64,000 nt of DNA from a virus. A program made the translations under genes and the position numbers. The stretch is taken from positions 32,001 to 96,000 of the IMG/VR virus record IMGVR_UViG_3300047510_001668. One strand, 5' to 3'. Below are positions 19,232 through 29,172 of this stretch, in pieces; the first letter of the stretch is position 1; the number at the start of each line of letters is the position of its first letter. The notes under the pieces are model-generated. The model was not told where the DNA came from. It searched no databases and saw nothing but the letters and a program-made list of their open reading frames with translations.

Positions 19232-20656
19232 TTACTTATTGCAATTGCACGTATTATTTTCTACTTTTGTATTTAGTTCCTTGATAGCCTCAATTAATAG
19301 TGCAATCACTTTATCATATCGAACAGCCTTGTAACCATCCCAGCGGTCCCGAACTGCCAACGGAAGAACAACTTCCACTTCTTGTGCCACCAATCCCACG
19401 TCATTTCCTGTGAATCCGTGAACTGATTCTAACTCAGGCTTCCAGGTGTAGGTGACACCATTCATAGCCAACACTTTGGTTAATGCGTCTGTGATGTTGG
19501 TGATGTTGTCCTTCAATCGTGAGTCTGATGTGGAAAATGCCACCACATCACCTGCAGCATCAATTCTTCCATTAGTGCCACTTGGTGTGATGCCAGTACC
19601 AACAGCTAACCCTGTACCTGAAACGTGAACTGCACCATACACGGTTAAGCGACCATTCTGGTCAATCACCATTTTCCTGTGATTGTTGTACATGTCGTTG
19701 CCTGAGATGGTTTGATTGGTGCCACCTGTTGCAGGGATGGTGTAAAATTCAATACCATTACCTCCCACAGATGACAACATCATGGAACCACCATTATTTG
19801 TCCCATCACCTATGACAGTGAAATTTCCTGTGGAAGAATCAAACCCTACATTGTAAGCAAACCCACCTTTGTAATCCATGTTGCTACCACTAGGGTCTGT
19901 TCCAAGACTTCCAAATATAGAAGATGACCCCGCTGATACCGTGGACATGAAAGCAGGGCCTGATGTCAAGGCGGCTGAGGTTGAGAAATAGGAACCTTGC
20001 ACACCACCATACAACAATGCCTTGGGTGTGGTTCCATCAGTGGAAAATGCTAGTGCATTATTGGTGCTGGACTTGATAACTAGATTGCCAGCAGAGCTGG
20101 TGTTGTTGTTCAGCACTCCAAATGTTACACCTGCATCCTTCAAGAACACATCTCCATCTTCTGCATCCAGAATGATGTCTCCTGTGGCGTCCACAGTGAA
20201 GTCTGCTGAAGCGTTCACTTGTGCAATGGTGGGTGTTGTGAGAGTTGGGCTGTTGGCAAACACCACACTGCCTGTACCTGTTTCATCTGTGATGGCAGCT
20301 GCCAATTGTGCAGATGTGGCAACCAATGTGTTGCTACTCAAATTGATGGTCTTGTTGGTGAAGGTTTCACTTCCTGACAATGAAGCCAGTTGCAATGCCA
20401 CAGTGCCATTGTAGAACTTCAAGGTGTTGGAATTGTTCCAAACGTCACCTGCCACAGGGGAGGTGGGATTGGTGGCAGATGATGGAAAATTCACACTGGC
20501 ATTGGCCGCGACCGGTGTGTCCAATGTCAACTTGCCCGTCATCGGGATGGTTCCATCCCGTTCTATCTTTTCTGTGTTCAAGTTGGTGAAGTTGGCATCC
20601 ACCTGTGCATTTGTGAGTGGGCCGCCATTCGTTGCTCTGAGTGTAATTGATGCCAT
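19232..20656 (-). CDS. Tail fibre with C-terminal intramolecular chaperone (peptidase S74)
   Basis: MASITLRATNGGPLTNAQVDANFTNLN; C-terminal STSDSRLKDNI...GVTYTWK...GLVAQEVE...AVRYDKVIALLIEAIKEL. Confidence 0.92.
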   Translation of the reverse strand: MASITLRATNGGPLTNAQVDANFTNLNTEKIERDGTIPMTGKLTLDTPVAANASVNFPSSATNPTSPVAGDVWNNSNTLKFYNGTVALQLASLSGSETFTNKTINLSSNTLVATSAQLAAAITDETGTGSVVFANSPTLTTPTIAQVNASADFTVDATGDIILDAEDGDVFLKDAGVTFGVLNNNTSSAGNLVIKSSTNNALAFSTDGTTPKALLYGGVQGSYFSTSAALTSGPAFMSTVSAGSSSIFGSLGTDPSGSNMDYKGGFAYNVGFDSSTGNFTVIGDGTNNGGSMMLSSVGGNGIEFYTIPATGGTNQTISGNDMYNNHRKMVIDQNGRLTVYGAVHVSGTGLAVGTGITPSGTNGRIDAAGDVVAFSTSDSRLKDNITNITDALTKVLAMNGVTYTWKPELESVHGFTGNDVGLVAQEVEVVLPLAVRDRWDGYKAVRYDKVIALLIEAIKELNTKVENNTCNCNK

Positions 20657-20659
20657 TTC

Positions 20660-20857
20660 TTATACCTTAGTAAGAATTTGTTGTAACATATCTTTGATTT
20701 CCATCAGTTCATGCTTGATGTTGTTCACATCCTGTTCCATGTCCTGAATCTTTTGCATTTGTTGTTTTTTTGCCTTGTGGGCACGTATTGCATTGTCATC
20801 TGTGTTCAACAACGCAGATGTTTTTGGGTCACGAAGAAACGTTTCAGAGTATTTCAT
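20660..20857 (-). CDS. Small coiled-coil hypothetical protein
   Basis: ORF track; RDPKTSALLNTD followed by heptads. Confidence 0.7.
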   Translation of the reverse strand: MKYSETFLRDPKTSALLNTDDNAIRAHKAKKQQMQKIQDMEQDVNNIKHELMEIKDMLQQILTKV

Positions 20858-23256
20858 TATGATTGTAGAGCTATCACGCCCATGTTGAACACAGAAGGCA
20901 CAACAGCTGGGTTGGAAGTAATCATGGCAATTTTCACGGCAAATGTTTTGAATGTGCTGTATGTGGATGTACCATCCAATGACTTGTATTGGAAGATGGA
21001 AGGTGAAGAACTATTCAAGCCACCCACTGCCGTGTTTTCATCATTGGCATTCTTTCTCAACACATACTGCCAGTTGGCAAATCCCACGTTGGAGCTGGCA
21101 CGTTCCTTTCTCATCAATGTCCAAACACGTCCTGCCATGCCATTGGTGTCAGCAGCACTCAACAACTTCACATACACACGAACATCTGTTTCAGGGGGAA
21201 TGTCAGCATTCAAGTACACGATGATGTCATCAGCATCTTGATTGTTGGCAAGTTCCACGGTCTTGGTGATGTATTGTCCCACACGAATGGTGGCTTCAGA
21301 AGATGCCACGTTGTCAGCCTTGATGGTTTCACCCACGCTGATGGCCTTGGTGCATTCATCATATAGTTGGAGTGAGGTGTTGCTCAACACACCGTTCACC
21401 ACACCCAACACTTCATCATCATCATTTCGAATCACTGACCCCACCACGACATCTGCTATATAGGTGGATAAGGTGCCTGTGATGATGTTGGAAGATGTGC
21501 TAGTGGTGGCTGTACCAGCCAGTTCATCCGTCAAGGCATCCACGTAGTTTTCCAACAATGTCACATTGGTTTTCTCCACATCAATCATAGGAGAGATGTT
21601 ATCTGTGGTTGCCGTGACTGTGGCTTGTAACATCAAGGTGCCTTCAGTGCTTGGATTCAAGGCAGGAACCAAGGTGCTTTGTTCATCTGAATAGGAGTAC
21701 AGCTTTCTTTCACCACGTGTCACAGCAGAAATTTCTGGGAGTGCTTGATATGTGGTGTCCACACCCGTGGTGTCAAACAACTTGTAATCCCAAGCCACAT
21801 CAGTGGTTTTGAAGTTCAAATAGGATAATCCAGGTGCAATCACGTGAACTACGTTACTGTTCAATGTGATGGTGGTGGTGTTTTTCAGATACACACGGCC
21901 TGCCGCCACAGCCACAGCGGCGTTGGCAGTCAACACCAAACTGGTGTCGTTGGTGATGGTGGAGATGGTGCCAATTGTGGTGCCAGAAGAATTCACCAAC
22001 AGATTGCCTGCAGCCAGTTCTGAGGTGAAGCTGGTGCCGGAACCTGTGACTGTGGTGCTACCTGTGGTGCAAGTGATGGTGCCTGCCAGAGGTTCACTTA
22101 AAATCACCACGGTGTCACCTGCACTGGTCACACCTTCAAAATCACCCGAGGTGACCAACACTTCTGCCACAGAGGTGGTGTCATTGAAATACAATACTTC
22201 ACCTTGTGCTGTGGTGGCATCGACTGACGTTTTTCTCACCAGGATGTCACCTGGCATCAATGTTTCTGTGGAAGGCACTGTGATGTAATCCACTTTCTTG
22301 TTCTTCAGTTCTGCTGTACCTGTCACTGTGTAATCAAATTCTGCTGTGTATAGTGTGAACTTGATGTCACGGTCTGTGTACGACACCCAACTGGAGTTGT
22401 TGTTGGCGATGAACAATGTGCCAATGTTAGGCTGTCTGTCCACGATGGTGGTACCACCCACCACTTGACTTCCCAAACGACCCACCCAGACTTCATAGTT
22501 GTTGTTATCACCTGCAGGAATCAACACAAAAGCATATTCTGTGTTGTTCTTCAGATAGACAGGAGCAGGGAACAAGAACACGGTGGGTGTTGAAGCATCA
22601 TCAGAAGGATTCACATCCTTGGGATGTAGCGTGACTGAAGAATATGGTAGAATGCTGTCTCCAGGAAATCCATCCACAACTTCACGAATTTGTAGTGTGA
22701 TGGGAGCATTATCTGCTGCTGTAGATGACGAACTCAAAGATTCAGGACGAGTCTTGAAATACACATCCATCTTGGTGAGTGCCACACCATGAGGATTGTT
22801 TTGCACCAGGAAGGTTTGAGCGATGGGATCCTTGTAGGAGATGCCAAAGGTTTGTCTGGCTGTGATGGGGTCCTGAACCGTTTGAAAACGACCCACAGTA
22901 AGATTGGGTTGTTGTGTGCTGATGATGTTGCTGGAGTCATAGATGCCAGACTTGTTGGTGACAAATGATACCACTGCATTGGCATCAGCATTAGTGGTAT
23001 CTCCTGTGGAATCATTGGTCAACACAAAGAGATTGTTGCCTGTCAGGAATGTGCCAGAAGGAATTCTGAATTGACCCGTGAGTTCACCATTCACATTGGT
23101 TACTAACGGTTGATTGTACTCCACATCAGAATTCATTTTACAATATTCCGAGACATCCTGATTATCAAAGAAAGGATACACCCGTGTGAAGGGCTTCAAT
23201 CCTTTGGCAGTGAAATCAACAACGCTGCCTCGAATATAAGGTATAATAGTTGACAT
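20857..23256 (-). CDS. Baseplate-associated structural protein; corresponds to the C-terminal half of DUF4815/VrlC-like proteins
   Basis: IIPYIR...FTAKGLKPFTRVYPFFD, DPIAQTFLV, LTKMDVYF, YLKNNTEYAFVL, DIKFTLYTAEF, YITKTVEL, FKTFAVKI. Confidence 0.75.
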   Translation of the reverse strand: MSTIIPYIRGSVVDFTAKGLKPFTRVYPFFDNQDVSEYCKMNSDVEYNQPLVTNVNGELTGQFRIPSGTFLTGNNLFVLTNDSTGDTTNADANAVVSFVTNKSGIYDSSNIISTQQPNLTVGRFQTVQDPITARQTFGISYKDPIAQTFLVQNNPHGVALTKMDVYFKTRPESLSSSSTAADNAPITLQIREVVDGFPGDSILPYSSVTLHPKDVNPSDDASTPTVFLFPAPVYLKNNTEYAFVLIPAGDNNNYEVWVGRLGSQVVGGTTIVDRQPNIGTLFIANNNSSWVSYTDRDIKFTLYTAEFDYTVTGTAELKNKKVDYITVPSTETLMPGDILVRKTSVDATTAQGEVLYFNDTTSVAEVLVTSGDFEGVTSAGDTVVILSEPLAGTITCTTGSTTVTGSGTSFTSELAAGNLLVNSSGTTIGTISTITNDTSLVLTANAAVAVAAGRVYLKNTTTITLNSNVVHVIAPGLSYLNFKTTDVAWDYKLFDTTGVDTTYQALPEISAVTRGERKLYSYSDEQSTLVPALNPSTEGTLMLQATVTATTDNISPMIDVEKTNVTLLENYVDALTDELAGTATTSTSSNIITGTLSTYIADVVVGSVIRNDDDEVLGVVNGVLSNTSLQLYDECTKAISVGETIKADNVASSEATIRVGQYITKTVELANNQDADDIIVYLNADIPPETDVRVYVKLLSAADTNGMAGRVWTLMRKERASSNVGFANWQYVLRKNANDENTAVGGLNSSSPSIFQYKSLDGTSTYSTFKTFAVKIAMITSNPAVVPSVFNMGVIALQS

Positions 23257-23275
23257 TATTTGCTAGGCTCCTGGA

Positions 23276-26200
23276 TTATATCAATGTGTTGGTGTAGACT
23301 GGTTCATACGCACCGGTGCTTGGATTATAATTGTACTGAAGACCTGAGCTGCCACCACCATAAGTACCGCCGCTGCTCGTACCACCATCTCCAGTGCCAG
23401 TTGTGGTTCCTGTGGTACTAGTGGTTCCTGATGTGGCAGGAGCTGCAGCCCTTGGTGGAGCAACTACAGATGCAAACCATGATGTGGCGCCTGTGGTTGG
23501 TAGAGTGAAGCTATCTCCTTCAGGTGAGTTTTCTTCATCGAACCAAGGATCTGAAAGAGGTGATAGTTCCACAGTTCCTTCATATGTGAACAACAACTTG
23601 TTTGTAGTATTTATTGACTCGGACGCATAAGGATTTTCAGCATACACAGCTTGTGTGTATGGCAAGGTCACTAGATTGCCTGCTGAAGCTGACACCACGG
23701 CATCTGGACGAAGAATCAATGGCAGAGATGCTGCCAACATGTTGGTCACAGATGATATGTTGGATGGGATGGTGCCTGTGACAGGATCCCCTTCTGAGGT
23801 CAAACTGGTGATGGTGTTTCCTCCTGCAAATGTGCCCGTGACATCTTCCAGATACAACCGAACCCATGTGTAGTTGGTGGTGGTGTCTGTGGCCAACACC
23901 ACTACGTGTTTGATGGTACCTGTGGCAGTTGAGGATGAGGTGGCAGTTTGACCCACTTCATATTCATAGGCGCCGCCAGTTTGTTCCACCACGATGAACA
24001 CATCCTTGGATGTTCGTACCAAATTGGTCAACCCAGCCACATCAAACTTGGCGTTCACAGGCTTCAATGTGGGTTGTAGGATGCCATTGAAAATGGCGCA
24101 ACTGTAGTTGGGGTCATCCACGTCACCACGGCTATGGTCCAGGAAGTCATCCACCAGAATACCATTCTTGGGACGTTCAGCGCCTGCTGATGTGGTGATG
24201 GTGTCATTCAACAACCGTTGTTCCAGGAATGACAGTTCCGTGTACTTCCGTAAATCCTTGACATCTTCAGCAATGGTGTTGATGTCACGCATCGTGAATC
24301 GACGATTTTCCACAGGTGTTGCCACGGCAGCAAATTCTTTTCTGCTCAATGACCGTGCCACTTTAGGTGATGCGGCGGGGAAGGGAGGAATGAACACAGT
24401 ACCTAATGTCATGGCATTACCAGGCTGCGGACGTGCCACTGGTGTTGGGTCAGGAATACCTGTCATCACTTCAAATTCACCTTCCACGTTCAAGATGACT
24501 CTATCCACACGACCCAGATTGTATTGATAGTCTGTGGTGAATTCTTCTTGAGCATGTGGGATGTAGATGCCAGCCAAGAAGGATTTGTTGGCTTCTGTAT
24601 ACACCACAGGATTCATGATGGTGGTGCCAGTGGATGTTGTGATGCCAGAAATTTCATTCACAGTGCCCCGGAAATCCAGCACGTCACGAAGCTCATACTC
24701 CACACCATTAGGTGTTTTGTACTTGGGCATTTCTGTCCATTCAATTTGTGCAGATGAAGCTGCTGTTCCTTGTGCAGGTAGAGGATAACTGTCCACGGTG
24801 AAATACCCACCTAACGAAGCACTGTTGCTATGTTCAAAATAATCAAAGTCAACCACTAAACGCTTGTTGTTGGTGGCATGAGACAAATCAAATGTTTCAT
24901 CCGTCTTTTTGCTGATGGATGACAGTTCGTAGAATGAATTGGTTTGACCGGTGTTCAATTCAAACACACTAGTGGAGTCTGTTGCAATGCTTGTGAATGC
25001 TGTGGTGTTGGACCCAGACAAAACAGAGTTGATTTTGATGACATCATATTGACCCAATGACAAAGAACCATCTAGTGTTTTAGTAGTTGGATTGAAACTT
25101 GGGTGTGTGATACGAACTGTACCACCAGATGCCAAACTGGAAGCAGCAGTAGCAGAGCTGGCAAATGTCACAGTGCCAGTACCTGTGTTGATAGTCCCAA
25201 TGGTACCAATAAGTGTATATACACCATCCGCATCACTGTCATGATACACTTTATCACCAACAGACATGTCATCTGAAGCAATAGAAGCTATAGTGAATGT
25301 TGTAGAGGAGCCAGAAGTGATGGTGGAAGTCGTGGTGAAGTCTTTGGAAATCTGCAACTTCAACTTACGATTTTTACGTAACGTCTTGGTCTTGGGAGAA
25401 GTATCTGTCTTTCTTACTGAGACATACGCAGTTACACCTATGCCACTATCTAAGGTGGTTGCACCATCCGTGTAAATGTCAATCGTCATGGATGTAGAAG
25501 TTAGTGCTGTGATGGCACCTGAAGAAGCTGTTGCTGATGCAGCCAAAGGAATTATTTGCCCCTTTTCATAAATGAATGTGCCGCCGCTATGTGTAGCATC
25601 TGCATTGGCCACCAAAATAACTTCATTGTTTCTTGCTGTTGTGGTGTTAGATGTGAAAGCAAATGTTTCATTACCAGAAAGGGTGAAAGTAACCGCACCA
25701 GTATTTGAGGTTGTACCTGTCAGCATCTTACGATATACAAAATCATTGTTGTATCCTGCGCCTAAGTCCAGCGTAGAAACGTTTCTGCTAGGCAATGAAA
25801 CCAACAATGTATTGTATGATGTATCTTGTAATGTGGCTGGAGTGCTATCAATATCAGCAAAGAAGGCGGGTGCTGTGCTTGCATATATTGTAACAACATT
25901 GGAAAAATCTCCCGCTGTCATCTTGATGTCTGAAAGATACAAACGGTACTTACATGCTTCGTTACCTACAGTACCTGAGTGATATTCCAATGATAGAACT
26001 CGAGCAGTACCCAACTTAGTTCCAGCAGGTGCTGTTGTATCAGAGTTGGTGTTACCGGCAAGAGCTGCAGAATTTGCAGCTGCTGAAGCTGTTCCTGCGT
26101 ACAATTCCACTAATGTGCCAGCATTCAATGATGCCACGCCGCACACTTCCTTCACAATCACGTAGTTGCCATAAGCAGTGCTGACGTTGGCAGATTCCAC

Positions 26201-27307
26201 ATCTCGGGTTTCTGTTTCTTTGTCCACATCAAAATACTGTGTGGCATAGGTTTGATATTCATACCCCTTCACATAGGCTTTACCTGCGGACACACCCAAT
26301 GCCAACTTGGAGGCACTTCCACCATTACCTGAGGTGTACACACCACCGTTATTTCCACTCTTAAGATGTTCACGAATGGACAAGATGAATGGTGTGATGG
26401 TGTAATCACCTGATTCATCATAGGTTCTCCGTGCCAACACCTTGTTCAATTCACCGTAATCCGTCAAATCATATCGACGAGCCACACGACCTGCCACCAG
26501 TTCAAACAACACATTGAAATCATCTGCGGTCACGGCGTTGGGATCAAATGATTCCAACAACGTGGCAACCTTCAATCTATCAGCACCTGGTGCTGTGTAG
26601 TTGTAAGTGCCTGTAGCAGGATCCAACAATGTGCTGTCAGCATCTGCTCCCACGATGCTTTCCACGATGGTGACACCCACCTTCTTGGAAGGTGTGGTGC
26701 TGTAGGCTGACACCACCACAGTTTGTTCCTGATGAATCACAAATGTTCCCTTGCCGTAGATGATGCCATCTTTCAATGAGAACAATGATCCGTAACCTGT
26801 GGGCGTGACACCTGATGGTGCCACCACAAATGTGATGGTGTTGTCAGATTCCAGATACAACACAGCGTCCGCAGGGAAAGCTGTAGTGGTACCGTTGGTG
26901 CCTTGATTCAAATATTGCACATGCAATGTCTTGTAAATGGCAGACTGAGAACCACCTGTGGTCTTCTTGATGACGGCCTTCAATCCTGTGGCACTGTTCA
27001 CCAACACTTCACCTTCATAATCCGCTAGGTCAGCATTGTCAATGGCAACGCTGGCATTATCTGTGTCCAGAATCTTCACATAGGGAACCTTGGTGTTCAA
27101 GGCATAGTCACACCCTGTGATGACTGCGCCTTCTTTGAACACATGATTTCCAAAACGTTCAACCTGTTTCTGAAGGATGGTTTGAATTTGTGTTAATTCA
27201 CGAGCTTGTACAGCATATCCTGGCTTAAACAGGATACGTTGATACTGCTTGTCATCACTGAAATCATCATAATATGGATTAACATTGAGATTGAGATTGT
27301 TTGGCAT
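23276..27307 (-). CDS. DUF4815/VrlC-like baseplate/short-fibre structural protein (N-terminal part)
   Basis: LNVNPYYDDF...RILFKPGYAVQARELTQIQTILQKQVERFG, LARRTYDESGDY, GKAYVKGYE, NGILVDDF. Confidence 0.85.
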   Translation of the reverse strand: MPNNLNLNVNPYYDDFSDDKQYQRILFKPGYAVQARELTQIQTILQKQVERFGNHVFKEGAVITGCDYALNTKVPYVKILDTDNASVAIDNADLADYEGEVLVNSATGLKAVIKKTTGGSQSAIYKTLHVQYLNQGTNGTTTAFPADAVLYLESDNTITFVVAPSGVTPTGYGSLFSLKDGIIYGKGTFVIHQEQTVVVSAYSTTPSKKVGVTIVESIVGADADSTLLDPATGTYNYTAPGADRLKVATLLESFDPNAVTADDFNVLFELVAGRVARRYDLTDYGELNKVLARRTYDESGDYTITPFILSIREHLKSGNNGGVYTSGNGGSASKLALGVSAGKAYVKGYEYQTYATQYFDVDKETETRDVESANVSTAYGNYVIVKEVCGVASLNAGTLVELYAGTASAAANSAALAGNTNSDTTAPAGTKLGTARVLSLEYHSGTVGNEACKYRLYLSDIKMTAGDFSNVVTIYASTAPAFFADIDSTPATLQDTSYNTLLVSLPSRNVSTLDLGAGYNNDFVYRKMLTGTTSNTGAVTFTLSGNETFAFTSNTTTARNNEVILVANADATHSGGTFIYEKGQIIPLAASATASSGAITALTSTSMTIDIYTDGATTLDSGIGVTAYVSVRKTDTSPKTKTLRKNRKLKLQISKDFTTTSTITSGSSTTFTIASIASDDMSVGDKVYHDSDADGVYTLIGTIGTINTGTGTVTFASSATAASSLASGGTVRITHPSFNPTTKTLDGSLSLGQYDVIKINSVLSGSNTTAFTSIATDSTSVFELNTGQTNSFYELSSISKKTDETFDLSHATNNKRLVVDFDYFEHSNSASLGGYFTVDSYPLPAQGTAASSAQIEWTEMPKYKTPNGVEYELRDVLDFRGTVNEISGITTSTGTTIMNPVVYTEANKSFLAGIYIPHAQEEFTTDYQYNLGRVDRVILNVEGEFEVMTGIPDPTPVARPQPGNAMTLGTVFIPPFPAASPKVARSLSRKEFAAVATPVENRRFTMRDINTIAEDVKDLRKYTELSFLEQRLLNDTITTSAGAERPKNGILVDDFLDHSRGDVDDPNYSCAIFNGILQPTLKPVNAKFDVAGLTNLVRTSKDVFIVVEQTGGAYEYEVGQTATSSSTATGTIKHVVVLATDTTTNYTWVRLYLEDVTGTFAGGNTITSLTSEGDPVTGTIPSNISSVTNMLAASLPLILRPDAVVSASAGNLVTLPYTQAVYAENPYASESINTTNKLLFTYEGTVELSPLSDPWFDEENSPEGDSFTLPTTGATSWFASVVAPPRAAAPATSGTTSTTGTTTGTGDGGTSSGGTYGGGSSGLQYNYNPSTGAYEPVYTNTLI

Positions 27308-27315
27308 TGTTGTCC

Positions 27316-29139
27316 TTAGAAGCTAAAATAAAGTTTGATTTTTTCAACTTGTTCAGATTGACGAGTGACAGGATTGATGTTTTGTAGGTACACAATGTCA
27401 CCTGTGTGTGAGTCTATTTCTGGAGCTGTTACTGTGGTGAGTGTCAACGTGGTGCCTGATGGAGTGGTTTCATTGGACACCACAGACCCAGCAGCTAAAT
27501 TGATGTCATCATTGATGGGTAACAGATGTAGTGTGGTTCCACTCTTGTAGGTGACAATGAATCTTCCACCTGCTGCCGTGGTGAGAATGTCATCCATGGT
27601 GTAGGGTGTGCCACTTGGTACTGTCACCACGTAGGCAGCATTGCCTGTGTTGGATGTGAATAGTGTGCCACTTTCATATTGTTTCAGATTCTTCACCAAT
27701 CCAAATTGGCGGAAGTTGTTGTTCAAGAAGAAATCAGCTGCCACATCTTCAATGGACACCACGATGCCCACCACGTTGGCTAGGAGTTCCTTGGGAACAT
27801 CACTGCCATGCCCTCCTTGTGGAGAAATCACTGCCTGTAGTGAGGCATTGGAACCCACAGTGGGTGTCAGCGTGGCATAGGTGTAACCTGAACCTGGATT
27901 GGTGACTGTGACCGCTGTGATGACACCTGATGATATGGTAGCTGTGGCTGTGAATCCTGTGCCATCACCTGCCACGTTGATGATGGTGGCACCGCTGTAT
28001 CCTGTGCCTCCGGACACCACGTTCACGAAATCAATGGAGCCATTCTTCACGACAGCATTTGCTGCCACGTCGATGTTCAAAGGATTGGGAACATCTGAGG
28101 TTTCCAAGTTCACGATGGCAGAAGCACCTGAGCCGCCGCCTCCTGAGAAACTAATCAAGGCATATGAGTACCCTTCACCGCCGTTGGTGATAGTGATGCT
28201 GTTCACGCCGCCTGCTGCTATCGTGGCAGTGGCGGTGGCACCCACACCATCTCCCAGGATGGCAACTGAAGGTGCACTAGCATATCCTGAACCAGCACTT
28301 TGAATGGTGGCTGATGCCACCACGCCATTATGGTCGAATGCTGATGAGGTGGCTGTGAAACGAACAGGAATGTACTCGTTGGTCAAGAACTTGGCGCGGT
28401 CACCTACAGGTACTTCATACAAGAACTGCCACTTGTACCCATCAGCCAGTGTTTGAGGACCCACAGCTGTGCTGGTGGGTTGCACTGTGGATGTTGTGCC
28501 TGGTGAGTACACACACTTGTAGATGCGATAGGAGCTGTTCATCACATAGAAATCATTGGCAAGACTTTGCAACACCACATCACTGTCATAGGCGCTGTAG
28601 GTGGTACCTGTCACCCAGTTCACACGTTCAATCATCAATGCCGTGTCATTGGGTTGCACTCGTTTCACTGCCATGATGTCACGGCGTGTTTGTGCATCTG
28701 TTTCACGGGTGTCTGTGGGAGTGGGGGCTGATGCGTCATTGGTCCAGGCAGAAGTTCTACCTAGAAACACATAGTAGTAATCAGAAGGATTAGGATAGGT
28801 GTAGACATCGTATTTCACAATCACAACATTTTGGTTCAATGATGCTCCTGAGTCCAACACCACACTGGTGCCATTGGTGGCCGTGTAGGCATCTGTGGCA
28901 AGTTGTGTGCCATTCACATAAACGGCAATTCTTCCTGGCGTGTATGCCAGAGTTTGACCGTCAGAATCAGCACCTGAAAATGTGGTTTGACCCGCTGTGG
29001 CAATGTACACATACACTGTGTTGCCAGTGGGTGTCAAAGAATTCAAATCAGAAGAAACCACATTTCGTGTGTTGGTGATGTTTCTGTGAAATTCTCTGGC
29101 AAGCTCAGAGCGAAATCTGTAAGGAAGGAGTGCAGGCAT
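27316..29139 (-). CDS. gp8: Baseplate wedge subunit gp8 with inserted modules
   Basis: YYVFLGR, VNWVTGTTY, FYVMNSSYRIYKC, DGYKWQFLY, GGHGSD, NNFRQFGLVKN, GDIVYLQN, EQVEKIKL. Confidence 0.88.
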   Translation of the reverse strand: MPALLPYRFRSELAREFHRNITNTRNVVSSDLNSLTPTGNTVYVYIATAGQTTFSGADSDGQTLAYTPGRIAVYVNGTQLATDAYTATNGTSVVLDSGASLNQNVVIVKYDVYTYPNPSDYYYVFLGRTSAWTNDASAPTPTDTRETDAQTRRDIMAVKRVQPNDTALMIERVNWVTGTTYSAYDSDVVLQSLANDFYVMNSSYRIYKCVYSPGTTSTVQPTSTAVGPQTLADGYKWQFLYEVPVGDRAKFLTNEYIPVRFTATSSAFDHNGVVASATIQSAGSGYASAPSVAILGDGVGATATATIAAGGVNSITITNGGEGYSYALISFSGGGGSGASAIVNLETSDVPNPLNIDVAANAVVKNGSIDFVNVVSGGTGYSGATIINVAGDGTGFTATATISSGVITAVTVTNPGSGYTYATLTPTVGSNASLQAVISPQGGHGSDVPKELLANVVGIVVSIEDVAADFFLNNNFRQFGLVKNLKQYESGTLFTSNTGNAAYVVTVPSGTPYTMDDILTTAAGGRFIVTYKSGTTLHLLPINDDINLAAGSVVSNETTPSGTTLTLTTVTAPEIDSHTGDIVYLQNINPVTRQSEQVEKIKLYFSF

Positions 29140-29162
29140 GGTTTTTTAGGTTGATTTAACAA

Positions 29163-29170
29163 TATTTATA
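29163..29170 (-). promoter_or_regulatory. T4 late promoter
   Basis: Exact TATAAATA upstream of gp8. Confidence 0.75.
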
Positions 29171-29172
29171 CG

